Shown one piece after another: positions 9,628-21,235 of a stretch of DNA of 64,000 nt. Origin of the DNA: Candidatus Latescibacterota bacterium (GTDB lineage: Bacteria; Latescibacterota; UBA2968); the NCBI GenBank assembly GCA_965204375.1, contig OZ241986.1, positions 3,776,001-3,840,000 on the forward strand. The letters are read 5' to 3'. The position numbers and the translations under genes were made by a program. The notes beneath the pieces are model-generated. The model ran no database searches. It saw only the letters and a list, made by a program, of their open reading frames with translations, and was not told the origin of the DNA. Each line of letters begins with the position of its first letter. Position 1 is the stretch's first letter.

Positions 9628-9682
9628 TGTGTTTCTCCTTTCAAAGAAGTGAGTACTACAGCCCCCGAAGGCCAGGTTTATA

Positions 9683-11398
9683 TCATATACTCGCTGTTTT
9701 TTCATACAAATGAGCATAAACTCCATCTTGCATGGCTAACCACTCGTGCGTTCCCCGCTCTGCAATCTGTCCCTCATCCAATACCACAATCTCATCTGCA
9801 TTTTGAATGGTTGAAAGCCGATGTGCGATGATGATGGTTGTCCTACCTTGTCGCACGGTTTTCAATGCTTCTTGAATGTGATATTCAGACTCCATATCCA
9901 ATGCGGCAGTGGGTTCATCTAAAATCAAGATGGGTGTGTCCATCAACAGCACACGCGATAGGGCAATGCGCTGTTTCTGTCCTTCTGACATCTGCGCGCC
10001 CTGTTCACCCACCAGTGTTTCATATCCTTCGGGCAATGAAGCGACAAAGTCGTGGATGTACGCAGCCTGTGTCGCAGCCTGAACATCTCGCAAAGGTATG
10101 TCGTGTCCAAAGGTCAGGTTGTCTAAAATACTGCCCTGAAACAAGGTGCTGCCCTGCATGGCAAATCCCACCTGTTGCCGAATGGATTTCAAGCGATAGT
10201 TCCGAATATCGTACCCATCAATAGACACATATCCCTCTTGCGGGTCGTAAAATCTCGGGATCAATTTGGCAAGCGTTGATTTGCCAGATCCACTCTTGCC
10301 AACCAGTGCAATGGTGGCTTGCGCAGGGATGTGCAGGTCAATATGGCGCAAAACGGGTTGATCTTCTTGGTACGAAAAACACACATTGTGAAAACCGATC
10401 TCACCACGCACCTGAGGCAATGCAGGCATATCGGAACGATCCTGGATTTCGGGTCTCAAGTCATAGACTTCAAAAAACCTATTGATGCGAACCAATGCCA
10501 TTTCAACCTGTCCCACAAGGCCGATGAGATTGCCGATTGGACCGTAGAGATAACCCACATACCCCGAAAAAGCCATATAACTGCCCAGAGAGAGATTGCC
10601 CGATAGAACTTGTGTCCAGCCATACCAGCCATAAGCCAAGGTGCCTGCTGTTTTTACCAACGCCCCTACAAATCCAAATCCACCACTTAAATGCGTTGAC
10701 CGGATTCGCAATTTTGCAACATTGAGAAAAATGTCTCTGAGCTTGTGATAAAACGCGGCTTCCAGTCCCAGTGCTTGCACGGTGCGAATGCCCGAAAGCG
10801 ATTCGTAGGACTTGGCCGATAATTCGGCAGATGCTTCGGTCAATTTTTTAGAAACCCTGCTAAGGTATTTTTTTGACACAATAATCAATACGGTATCAAA
10901 AGGCAGTACCGCCAGACTGAGTAAGGCGAGTTTCCAATTGATGTAGAGCAAAATGGGCGGAAAAATGAGCAACTGAAGCGTGTTCATAATCAAACTGTTC
11001 ACCATCCCAATGGTACTGCCGATGGATCTGTCCATATCCCTGAAGCGAGACAGGATTTCACCCGTCTGCCGATTGTCAAAAAAGCTGAAGTCCTGTGATT
11101 GCACATGGGAGTAGAATCGAGATTTGAAATCCAGCCCCATGTTGACACCCACATAACGCGCAAAATAAGTGCTTAACAATCTTGTAAAACCCAACCCCGT
11201 CGAGAGTACAGCACCTATAATCAGGATAAAGGTCAGGAGTGTGGAGTCTTTGTGGGGATACACGTCATCAATCAAAACCTTGGTGATGTATGGCCCTGGA
11301 ATTTGCAAGAACATGACCATGATGCCCACGAGAAGAGACTGAAAGATAAACCGCCAGTAAGGACGGAGCATTTTGATGATTTTGAGTATCTGACGCAC
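9683..11398 (-). CDS. ABC exporter, fused permease and ATPase, no C39 peptidase domain
   Basis: N-terminal TM domain; Walker A GKSGSGKS, signature variant MSEGQKQR, Walker B ILILDE, IAHRLST. Confidence 0.92.
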   Translation of the reverse strand: MRQILKIIKMLRPYWRFIFQSLLVGIMVMFLQIPGPYITKVLIDDVYPHKDSTLLTFILIIGAVLSTGLGFTRLLSTYFARYVGVNMGLDFKSRFYSHVQSQDFSFFDNRQTGEILSRFRDMDRSIGSTIGMVNSLIMNTLQLLIFPPILLYINWKLALLSLAVLPFDTVLIIVSKKYLSRVSKKLTEASAELSAKSYESLSGIRTVQALGLEAAFYHKLRDIFLNVAKLRIRSTHLSGGFGFVGALVKTAGTLAYGWYGWTQVLSGNLSLGSYMAFSGYVGYLYGPIGNLIGLVGQVEMALVRINRFFEVYDLRPEIQDRSDMPALPQVRGEIGFHNVCFSYQEDQPVLRHIDLHIPAQATIALVGKSGSGKSTLAKLIPRFYDPQEGYVSIDGYDIRNYRLKSIRQQVGFAMQGSTLFQGSILDNLTFGHDIPLRDVQAATQAAYIHDFVASLPEGYETLVGEQGAQMSEGQKQRIALSRVLLMDTPILILDEPTAALDMESEYHIQEALKTVRQGRTTIIIAHRLSTIQNADEIVVLDEGQIAERGTHEWLAMQDGVYAHLYEKTASI

Positions 11399-11400
11399 AT

Positions 11401-12681
11401 TCAGTTCCTGGTCTGTACGTTTTCGAAAGATTCTTCCAACCGATAAATCTCAGGGTGCCCAATTTTGCCCACGGTTTTCAAAAACTTCTTCCACAGCAAG
11501 TCAACGATGGGACCGCGCTCTGTCACGATCTTGGCTTCCACACCCATGCCATAAGCAAGCGGACATTCTCCGTCAGATAAATGAGGATCTATCACGCTGA
11601 TCTTCACCGGATATATAGTACTCATACCGCCCGGTACAAGACCGGCACCCATAGGTGTGATAGGTTCGGGTTTTCTCGGTACGTCTGTCACCCTTCCCTC
11701 AAAAATCTTGTATTCCATGTGGGGAAAAGCATTCACATATATCCGCACCTTATGTCCTTCTTTCACCTTTGGGATATCCACTTCTTGGATCATCACCTCA
11801 GCTTGCCAACTGTGCAATTCGGCCAACTCAATCACTGCTTCACCCGCCTCAATGCGGTCGCCCTCGCGCTTGTCCAAATCGCGCGTCAACACAGTTCCAG
11901 AAACAGGCGCGTATATCTTCATCTGTTCCAGACGTGTTTTGACAAGACGATGGCTGACCTGTAATTTTTCGTACGTCTGTTTTAACATCTCAAGTTCCTG
12001 CTTGCGAGTGTCCAGAGCAGCCAATCGCCGTTTTGTCCGCTCAATTTCTACTTCTGCATGCTGCACTCGCGTCTGATGTACTCGAATGGGAATCAACGTA
12101 TCAACAGGCGGCCGCACACTCCCATCCTCGCGATAAGGCGCGTATTTACGATAGATCTGGTATTCCTGCCGAACCTGTTCCAATTGTAACTGCGCGGTCT
12201 CGTATTCCACTTCAGCACGCGCAATCTCTGTCTCCAAAACAGCACGCTCGCGTTGCAATTCTGCGACCAGAGCCACACGCCGACTTTGATTCATCGCCAG
12301 TTCATGTTCGAGTTGCTCCAATTCCGTGCGTAAATCGGTATCATCCAATGTCAGCATCAAATCACCCTGTTCGATCTCTCGTCCGTGTTGCACATGAACC
12401 GTTTGGATCAAGCCTGATCGTTGCACTTTCACTTCATAACGCGCAGTGGGCTGCAAACGACCTTGTCCTGCAACCGTTATTTCCATGCCCAGATGCCAGC
12501 CCAAAAGACCAATCAGCGCGACCATGCTTCCCACAACGCACAAAATGGTGAGCAAGAAATAGCGCACAAACCGAAACCCAATCCCCGAAGTTGGTAGGGC
12601 TTCCTGTGCCTCTGTGTTTTCCAAAGACACTTCTTTTTGGGGATAACCATTAAATCTTACAACCTGTTCACTATGTGCCAT
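11401..12681 (-). CDS. HlyD family membrane fusion / periplasmic adaptor protein
   Basis: Single TM, long coiled coil, IYAPVSGTV, terminal GMGVEAKIVT. Confidence 0.9.
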   Translation of the reverse strand: MAHSEQVVRFNGYPQKEVSLENTEAQEALPTSGIGFRFVRYFLLTILCVVGSMVALIGLLGWHLGMEITVAGQGRLQPTARYEVKVQRSGLIQTVHVQHGREIEQGDLMLTLDDTDLRTELEQLEHELAMNQSRRVALVAELQRERAVLETEIARAEVEYETAQLQLEQVRQEYQIYRKYAPYREDGSVRPPVDTLIPIRVHQTRVQHAEVEIERTKRRLAALDTRKQELEMLKQTYEKLQVSHRLVKTRLEQMKIYAPVSGTVLTRDLDKREGDRIEAGEAVIELAELHSWQAEVMIQEVDIPKVKEGHKVRIYVNAFPHMEYKIFEGRVTDVPRKPEPITPMGAGLVPGGMSTIYPVKISVIDPHLSDGECPLAYGMGVEAKIVTERGPIVDLLWKKFLKTVGKIGHPEIYRLEESFENVQTRN

Positions 12682-12732
12682 AACTCAGCCCACTGTTAAA
12701 AGTGAATTAGACCAGGCGAATGCACATTCAAC

Positions 12733-13452
12733 TCAAACATCTTCCGAAAACGCCTGAATTTCTCCGCGCATAACTTTTGTGCGGTACTCGGTAGGCGGCA
12801 TTCCGTGTATGGTCTTAAAAGCCTCGCGCAAACGATTTGATGAAAGAAACCCGCATGCACTTGCAATTTCATAAACGAATATTGAAGGTTCTTTTATCAA
12901 ATGCTGTGCTCGTGAAACCCTGATCTCCCTCAATTTTTCTGAGAAAGTCTTGCCCACATGTTTTTTGAACAGTTTGCAACCGTGCGACCTGGAAAACCCG
13001 AAATGGTTCATGACGTCATCAAAGCTCAGTCCTGGATCGCTGTAATGCTCCTCCAAAAACGACTCAAAACTCCTTTTTATCCAATCAGGAGAAGGCATAA
13101 ATTTTTTGACCTTCGCCAAAAATTTATCCTTGCAGATCGGTTTATCCAGCATGCCTACAGCTCCCAGCTTGAACATTCTTTCTGTTGATTCCAGGCGTTC
13201 AGTCCCTCCTATAATCAGGACATTTGTTTGAATTTTCTCGACCTTTAGACAAGCCAAAAGAGATATCGCATCGAGGTCTCTTATATCTTTGTCAACCACA
13301 GCGAGATCGATCTTCTCGCGTCTCAAAGTTTTAAACCCTGCTACCCCATCTCTCGCTGTGAATACATCGTAAAGTTCATCGCTCAAGTATTCACAAAGAG
13401 CCGATATAGCACAGGAGTCGCGATCTACAATCAGAACCTTCTGCTCGCTCAT
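12733..13452 (-). CDS. Response regulator, receiver domain plus AraC HTH
   Basis: KVLIVD..DLAVVD..KPI receiver; FKKHVGKTF..EIASACGF..FKTIHGMPPTEYR AraC domain. Start MSEQK at 13452 with GGAG RBS. Confidence 0.85.
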   Translation of the reverse strand: MSEQKVLIVDRDSCAISALCEYLSDELYDVFTARDGVAGFKTLRREKIDLAVVDKDIRDLDAISLLACLKVEKIQTNVLIIGGTERLESTERMFKLGAVGMLDKPICKDKFLAKVKKFMPSPDWIKRSFESFLEEHYSDPGLSFDDVMNHFGFSRSHGCKLFKKHVGKTFSEKLREIRVSRAQHLIKEPSIFVYEIASACGFLSSNRLREAFKTIHGMPPTEYRTKVMRGEIQAFSEDV

Positions 13453-13523
13453 ATTTGTCTCCGTACGCCAAAAATTTCTACACCCATATTCAAAACATGC
13501 GCCTTGCACTTAGACAGATATAC

Positions 13524-13539
13524 GCAACCTGTGTGCCAA
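13524..13539 (-). promoter_or_regulatory. Sigma54-type -24/-12 promoter for the peptide cluster
   Basis: The minus strand reads TTGGCACACAGGTTGC, matching TGGCAC-N5-TTGC, about 70 nt upstream of the first gene. Confidence 0.7.
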
Positions 13540-13704
13540 CGTGATCTTTTTAAAGAAAAATGTTTGTAAACCATTATTTTCATTGCGTATAGAATTATTA
13601 TCGCGCAAAATTTAGACCGGATATCGCATTAACAAAGTGAAACCATTGTTCACCTGTCCCTGAACAACTTGACGCCCTTTGCACCTCATGCGCTTTAATT
13701 CGCA

Positions 13705-13733
13705 TTGACAATCGCGCCTGGGGTCGCTACATT
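13705..13733 (+). promoter_or_regulatory. Sigma70-type promoter
   Basis: TTGACA-N17-TACATT. Confidence 0.6.
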
Positions 13734-13739
13734 AGTTCA

Positions 13740-13816
13740 GCTTTCTCAAGTTACCAGCTTGAGATATTTACCGCCGCTGACAGATGACTTAGCCGAGTCT
13801 TGTCAGCGGCTCTTTT
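13740..13816 (+). ncRNA. Candidate small two-hairpin RNA ending in an intrinsic terminator
   Basis: Hairpin TCTCAAG/CTTGAGA, then GCCGCTGACA/TGTCAGCGGC followed by TCTTTT. Directly after the promoter, with no + strand gene following. Confidence 0.4.
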
Positions 13817-13964
13817 ATGATAATACTGTCACGCCTGTAAATTCAACTCAAAAAGTCCCCGCGTATTTGTGATTTCCACCGCGTATTTCTGTTTTTTTTA
13901 ATTTTGAGGTTAGTACATAAAAAAACTGTGAATGGATTATTTTCCCATCCACAGTTCGCAAACA

Positions 13965-14021
13965 CTGGATCGCGACTCAACATCATGCCGCGATGACGGG
14001 CGAGGCATGCCTTGCCCCTAC
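13965..14021 (-). repeat. REP-like composite palindrome, copy 1
   Basis: CTGGATCGCG.CTCAACA.CATGCCGCGATGACG plus GGCGAGGCATGCCT.GCCCCTAC; near-identical to 50833-50889. Confidence 0.8.
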
Positions 14022-14037
14022 GGTTGTATCTCATGTC

Positions 14038-14697
14038 TCACCGCCTTGTAGAACCAAAAAAATTTGTCTTCAAATCGATCTTCTTCCCAACCCGGTTACC
14101 CACCAGCCCGCGCGCACCTGCAATATCAAAATCCTTCAACGCAATCTCAAACTCGCCCTTCACCACAAAAAAATCCCCTGGCGCGCGCTTCTTTGTCTGC
14201 TCTGACGCCAGCAAATACGTCGCCTCAAAGGGAATCTCCATCTCCTTATCCACCCCGTGCAGTGAAAACGTCCCCATAGCCAAACCCTTAATCACAGCCC
14301 TATCTTCTTCTGCCTCCACAGACACATCCTTCAACCCCGCAAACTCAAACCCAATCACCGGAAACTGTTTTTCATCCAACCAATCCGCGCTATGCAAATG
14401 CGCGTCGCGCTTCTCGATACCCGTCTCCATACTCGCAACCTGCACCTCAATCTTCCCCGTCATACCCTCCACATTTGCCGGATCCAGTTTCAACTCACCC
14501 GAAATCCCCGACGCTGTACCGTGGATCTCCTCCAGCGGAGCCGAACTCACAAACTGAATCTGATTCTTACCCACCTCATTGCGCAACACAATCGTCTGAA
14601 CACCCTCAACCGGCAACCCCAATGACGTCTCTGCACAGACCTGCTGCACTGCAACACACCCGATGAATAATAAACCAATGATCCATCGCATATTCAT
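14038..14697 (-). CDS. YceI family lipid/polyisoprenoid-binding protein, secreted
   Basis: Signal peptide; SMETGIEKRDAHLHSADWLD..FP.I.F and LHGVDK motifs. Confidence 0.88.
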   Translation of the reverse strand: MNMRWIIGLLFIGCVAVQQVCAETSLGLPVEGVQTIVLRNEVGKNQIQFVSSAPLEEIHGTASGISGELKLDPANVEGMTGKIEVQVASMETGIEKRDAHLHSADWLDEKQFPVIGFEFAGLKDVSVEAEEDRAVIKGLAMGTFSLHGVDKEMEIPFEATYLLASEQTKKRAPGDFFVVKGEFEIALKDFDIAGARGLVGNRVGKKIDLKTNFFGSTRR

Positions 14698-14730
14698 ACT
14701 CTGTCTCCTTCTCTAATAATACTCAAATGA

Positions 14731-17177
<2,447 letters not shown>

Positions 17178-17178
<1 letters not shown>

Positions 17179-17261
17179 AAGGGAGAAGGGAGAAGGGAGA
17201 AGGGAGAAGGGAGAAGGGAGAAGGGAGAAGGGAGAAGGGAGAAGGGAGAAGGGAGAAGGGA
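17178..17261 (+). repeat. Tandem heptamer (GAAGGGA)12
   Basis: Twelve exact copies directly after the icd stop, plus one copy at 17164-17170. Confidence 0.95.
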
Positions 17262-17301
17262 GAAGGCCCAGCTCAACCACCCTAAAGCTCATGCTTCATC
17301 C

Positions 17302-17368
17302 CACTTCCTCCTTCACACTTCCTCCTTCACACTTCCTCCTTCACACTTCACACTTCCCTCTCCCCTTC
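17302..17368 (+). repeat. Pyrimidine-rich CACTTCCTCCTTCA / CTTCACA tandem repeats
   Basis: Three 14-mers and related heptamers; roughly complementary to the upstream GAAGGGA run. Confidence 0.8.
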
Positions 17369-18238
17369 TATCACACGCAACAACACCTCTGTCGTCGTCA
17401 GCAGATCCAGCGCATTGTGATGCAAAATATCGCGCATTTGCACGGCATTTCCCGACTTTACAAACCGGTGATACGCATTGGGGATCTCCGCACCTGGAAT
17501 ATCGCCTTGCCGGGTGCGGCGGCAAATATATTGTTCCAGAGTCTGCAACTTGCAATTGGGCAACTGCCTGCCCCATATACGACGTCCCACATGCAACATA
17601 TCGATATGCGCCTGTCGCAGCCGAAACGGCACACCCATAAACAAACACCGGTCGCGGATATAGGGCAAATCATACGACTTGCCATTAAAGCTGACAATCA
17701 CCTGTGAAGCATCCAACATGGTGACGAAATGCGACAACAACGCAGCCTCTTCCGTATAATCTCGCGCCAGCAACTGCACAACGCGCAAATCGCCATCAAA
17801 ATGCCCCAACACACCGACCAAAAACAGCGGCGTACCAGCCGTCAACCCCGTCGTCTCGATATCGACGTAAATCACATCTTCGGCGCGTGCATCAATCAAA
17901 GAATGAAATGTATCATACGGATCATGCGGCACATTGCCCTCATGTAACGCACCAATCGCGCGTTCGTATCGCGCGCCAAACGCGCGCCCACCACCGCGCA
18001 GAACCTCTTGAACAGCCTGATCAATCAGCAAAAATGTGCCAGCGGGCGTATGAATCTCCTCGCCCTGCGTCACCTCGTCCAGCGAGAGATGCAATCGCGC
18101 ATCGGACGCAGTAGCCATCACGCGCAACGCACCGGGATCGGGCGCACGTCTCTCTTCGGCTTTAGAAACCTCATCTGCGTGTTTCAAATCGCGGCGATTG
18201 AGCGCGGCGATGCGTTTTCTCATCTCATCAGAAATCAT
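17348..18238 (-). CDS. Ribonuclease H-like (YprB / RNase_H_2) exonuclease domain protein
   Basis: YVDIETTGL, SFNGKSYDLP, HIDML, LQTLE, DIPG, HNALDL. Confidence 0.88.
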   Translation of the reverse strand: MISDEMRKRIAALNRRDLKHADEVSKAEERRAPDPGALRVMATASDARLHLSLDEVTQGEEIHTPAGTFLLIDQAVQEVLRGGGRAFGARYERAIGALHEGNVPHDPYDTFHSLIDARAEDVIYVDIETTGLTAGTPLFLVGVLGHFDGDLRVVQLLARDYTEEAALLSHFVTMLDASQVIVSFNGKSYDLPYIRDRCLFMGVPFRLRQAHIDMLHVGRRIWGRQLPNCKLQTLEQYICRRTRQGDIPGAEIPNAYHRFVKSGNAVQMRDILHHNALDLLTTTEVLLRVIEGEREV

Positions 18239-18327
18239 AAAAACAATATACTCGCACAACAGCCAATCCGTCAAGGTTATAGAAAATCCTCGCATGAAAA
18301 GAACAGTTTGTTTAAGTTAAAACCCTT

Positions 18328-20232
18328 ATGAAACGAACCTATTTTCTCATCCCCCTACTCTTCTGTGGTTGTCTCGCACCCGACCCAGGGCATCTTGCAA
18401 AAACAGGTGAAGCCGCGCAATCCAACGCGGCGATTCGCGAAACGCGCGCACCCAAACAGATCGACCCGAAAATCCTCATCAACCGCACCTTTAATGAAGC
18501 CCCCATCCTCGCTGAAAAAGTCAAAAAAGGGGAACTCCCCTCCGTATCTGAACGCCTGCCCGAAAATCCACTCATCGTCGTCCCCATGGACACCATCGGA
18601 CAATACGGTGGCATCTTGCGACGCGCACTCACCGGCGACATCATCCAAACAGCGGGAACCAATAAAACATTGAGCGAAAACCTCATGGGATTTTCGCGCC
18701 CCTTGCCCGACAGCATCGTACACAACCTCGCCGAGAGTTTTGATTTTCACGACGAAGGCCGAACCGCAATCTTCAAAATCCGCAAAGGCATCAAATGGTC
18801 AGACGGCGTGCCATTTACAGTTGATGACATATTGTTCTGGTACTACGACATGACCTTTGACGACAATGCCCGCCCCCACAACCAGCCCGTACCCCCCTCC
18901 GTGTGGGTCGTCGATGGCAAACCCATTGACCTGAAAAAAATCGACGACCACACCCTTGAAGTCTCATCGTCCAAACCCCTCGGCCGCGTATTACACGCCC
19001 TGTGTTTAGACGTCATCGCACAGCCCAAACACCATCTGTCGCACCTGCACCCCCGCTACAATCCCGAAGCGACATACGAAGAATTTCGAGAACAAGCCAC
19101 CAATGCCATGGTCATCATGAAACCCGGCATGCCGCGCTTATCCGCCTGGGTCCCCGTCGAATGGATTCGCGGTCAACGCATCGTCTATGCGCGCAACCCC
19201 TATTACTGGAAAATCGACACAGCGGGCAATCAATTACCTTATGCGGACCGCATCGAATTTACAGTCATTCAAGACCCCCAGGTTATCCTGCTCAAATTTG
19301 TCAACGGCGAACTCGACCTGTTTGGGCGCTACTCTCGCATCAACATGTTTCCCACGCTGCGCACCGAAGAAAAAAAGGGCAAATTCAAATTGCGGATCAC
19401 CGGTCCAGACCGCGGTCCGGCATATTACCTCAACTGGGACACCCCAAAACCCGCCCTGCGAGAAGCCTTTCGCAACCGCGACGTACGCATAGCCCTGTCG
19501 TATGCGATCAACCGAGAAGAAATCAACCAGATCGTCTATCACGGCCTCCTCGATCCCGCGGGCTACTCCTTCGCGCCCTCTAATCCACACTATTCAGAAG
19601 CCGCCTATCGCAAATACGCCAAATTCGACCCCGACAAATCCCGCGACCTCCTCGACAAAGCTGGATACCGCGACACAGACGGCGATGGTTGGCGCGAACT
19701 CAAAGACGGCTCGCGTTTTGAGCTCAACATCGACGTCGTCCCCGGCGTAGGCGTCGATGTTTCCGAACTCGTCTCCGAACACTGGCGCGACATAGGCATC
19801 AAAGCCAACCTGAACATATCCCTGCGCGACATTGTATGGCCCCGCCGCCTCAACGGCGAATTTGACATTCACCACTGGGGCCTCGAAGGCCCTGCCGATC
19901 CCCTGGGCCGCCTCAATGACTGGGCAATCATGGCACCCACCGTCCCCTTTTGGCACCGCAACGCCTCCAAAGAAGGTCCCGCGTGGTTACACGAATCTAC
20001 AATGCGCATCAAAAAAGTATTGACAACCGTAGATCCCATAGCCGTACATGAACACATGACAAAAGTGCGCGACCTCCACACCGACAACGTACCCGTTATT
20101 GTCGTCGGCTCCGCCTACTCTATATGGGGTGCCAGCACGCGACTCGGCAATGTCCCCATGCAGGGCAGCGCCGCCGACGTACACCGCGGCTGGGGCCGCC
20201 CTGTATTTCACGAACAGATATTTATAAAATAG
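18328..20232 (+). CDS. ABC transporter substrate-binding lipoprotein, family 5 (peptide/nickel/oligosaccharide)
   Basis: Lipobox-like FCGC; LPSVSERLPENP, KWSDGVPFTVDD, RNPYYWKID..GNQLPYAD. Confidence 0.92.
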   Translation: MKRTYFLIPLLFCGCLAPDPGHLAKTGEAAQSNAAIRETRAPKQIDPKILINRTFNEAPILAEKVKKGELPSVSERLPENPLIVVPMDTIGQYGGILRRALTGDIIQTAGTNKTLSENLMGFSRPLPDSIVHNLAESFDFHDEGRTAIFKIRKGIKWSDGVPFTVDDILFWYYDMTFDDNARPHNQPVPPSVWVVDGKPIDLKKIDDHTLEVSSSKPLGRVLHALCLDVIAQPKHHLSHLHPRYNPEATYEEFREQATNAMVIMKPGMPRLSAWVPVEWIRGQRIVYARNPYYWKIDTAGNQLPYADRIEFTVIQDPQVILLKFVNGELDLFGRYSRINMFPTLRTEEKKGKFKLRITGPDRGPAYYLNWDTPKPALREAFRNRDVRIALSYAINREEINQIVYHGLLDPAGYSFAPSNPHYSEAAYRKYAKFDPDKSRDLLDKAGYRDTDGDGWRELKDGSRFELNIDVVPGVGVDVSELVSEHWRDIGIKANLNISLRDIVWPRRLNGEFDIHHWGLEGPADPLGRLNDWAIMAPTVPFWHRNASKEGPAWLHESTMRIKKVLTTVDPIAVHEHMTKVRDLHTDNVPVIVVGSAYSIWGASTRLGNVPMQGSAADVHRGWGRPVFHEQIFIK

Positions 20233-20236
20233 CGAT

Positions 20237-21235
20237 ATGACCAACTACATCATCCGCCGCCTATTGCACATGATCCCCACGCTGATCCTGATCTCAATGG
20301 TCAGCTTTGTGGTCATACAAGCACCGCCGGGCGATATGCTCACCTCTCGCCTCGCCGAATTGGCCGAACAGGGCGAACTCGGATCTGAAAGCGCAATGGC
20401 GCAAATTGAAGCCCTGCGCGAACGCTATGGCCTCAACGACCCGATCTATGTGCAATACATCCACTGGATCTGGAAAATCGTCAGCAAAGGCGACTTCGGG
20501 CAATCCTTCACTTACGAAATGGACGTGATGGAACTCCTGGCCGAACGACTGGGACTCACACTTACCCTCACACTCTCCACATTGATCTTCACCTGGATCG
20601 TCGCCATACCCATTGGCATCTACTCTGCCACCCGACAGTATTCGATAGGCGATTACGGCTTTACCTTTCTCGGATTCATCGGCCTGGCCACCCCAAACTT
20701 TTTGCTGGCTCTGGTCATCATGTTCATTCAGGTCGCCGTCTTCGAAGCCGAGTCCGTAGGCGGCCTCCTCTCTCCCGAATATATCGGTGCTGCCTGGACA
20801 TGGGCAAAATTCGTCGATCTCCTCAAGCATATCTGGGTACCCATCATCGTCATCGGCACGGGCAGCACAGCGGGCATTATCCGCATCATGCGCGGCAACC
20901 TGCTCGACATACTCGGCCAACAACACATTCAAACCGGGCGCGCCAAGGGCCTCAAAGAAGGCAAAGTCATTGTCAAATACGGCGTGCGCATCGCCATCAA
21001 CCCCCTCGTCAGTCGTCTGGGCCTCGAACTGCCCAACCTGCTCTCTGGCGCCGTTGTCACCGGCATCGTACTCGGCCTGCCAACAGCTGGCCCCATTTTC
21101 CTCACAGCACTCACATCTCAAGACATGTATCTGGCAGGTGCATTCCTGCTCCTATCTGCCACTTTCTTGCTCATCGGCAATTTATTAGCCGATATTCTCC
21201 TGGCTTGGCTCGACCCGAGGATTCGCTATGAGTAG
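20237..21235 (+). CDS. ABC transporter permease (DppB/OppB-like)
   Basis: YIIRRLL, GDFGQS, RAKGL loop, LDPRIR terminus. Confidence 0.93.
   Translation: MTNYIIRRLLHMIPTLILISMVSFVVIQAPPGDMLTSRLAELAEQGELGSESAMAQIEALRERYGLNDPIYVQYIHWIWKIVSKGDFGQSFTYEMDVMELLAERLGLTLTLTLSTLIFTWIVAIPIGIYSATRQYSIGDYGFTFLGFIGLATPNFLLALVIMFIQVAVFEAESVGGLLSPEYIGAAWTWAKFVDLLKHIWVPIIVIGTGSTAGIIRIMRGNLLDILGQQHIQTGRAKGLKEGKVIVKYGVRIAINPLVSRLGLELPNLLSGAVVTGIVLGLPTAGPIFLTALTSQDMYLAGAFLLLSATFLLIGNLLADILLAWLDPRIRYE

Noticed and set aside
9628-9726. Longer start for the precursor ORF (169 aa)
   Set aside because: It overlaps the ABC gene end, and the clear RBS lies before ATG 9627.
13740-13816. Known riboswitch, tRNA or transposon-associated guide RNA
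   Set aside because: No cloverleaf or recognisable aptamer, and no downstream gene or TnpB/IscB. Kept only as an unassigned sRNA candidate.
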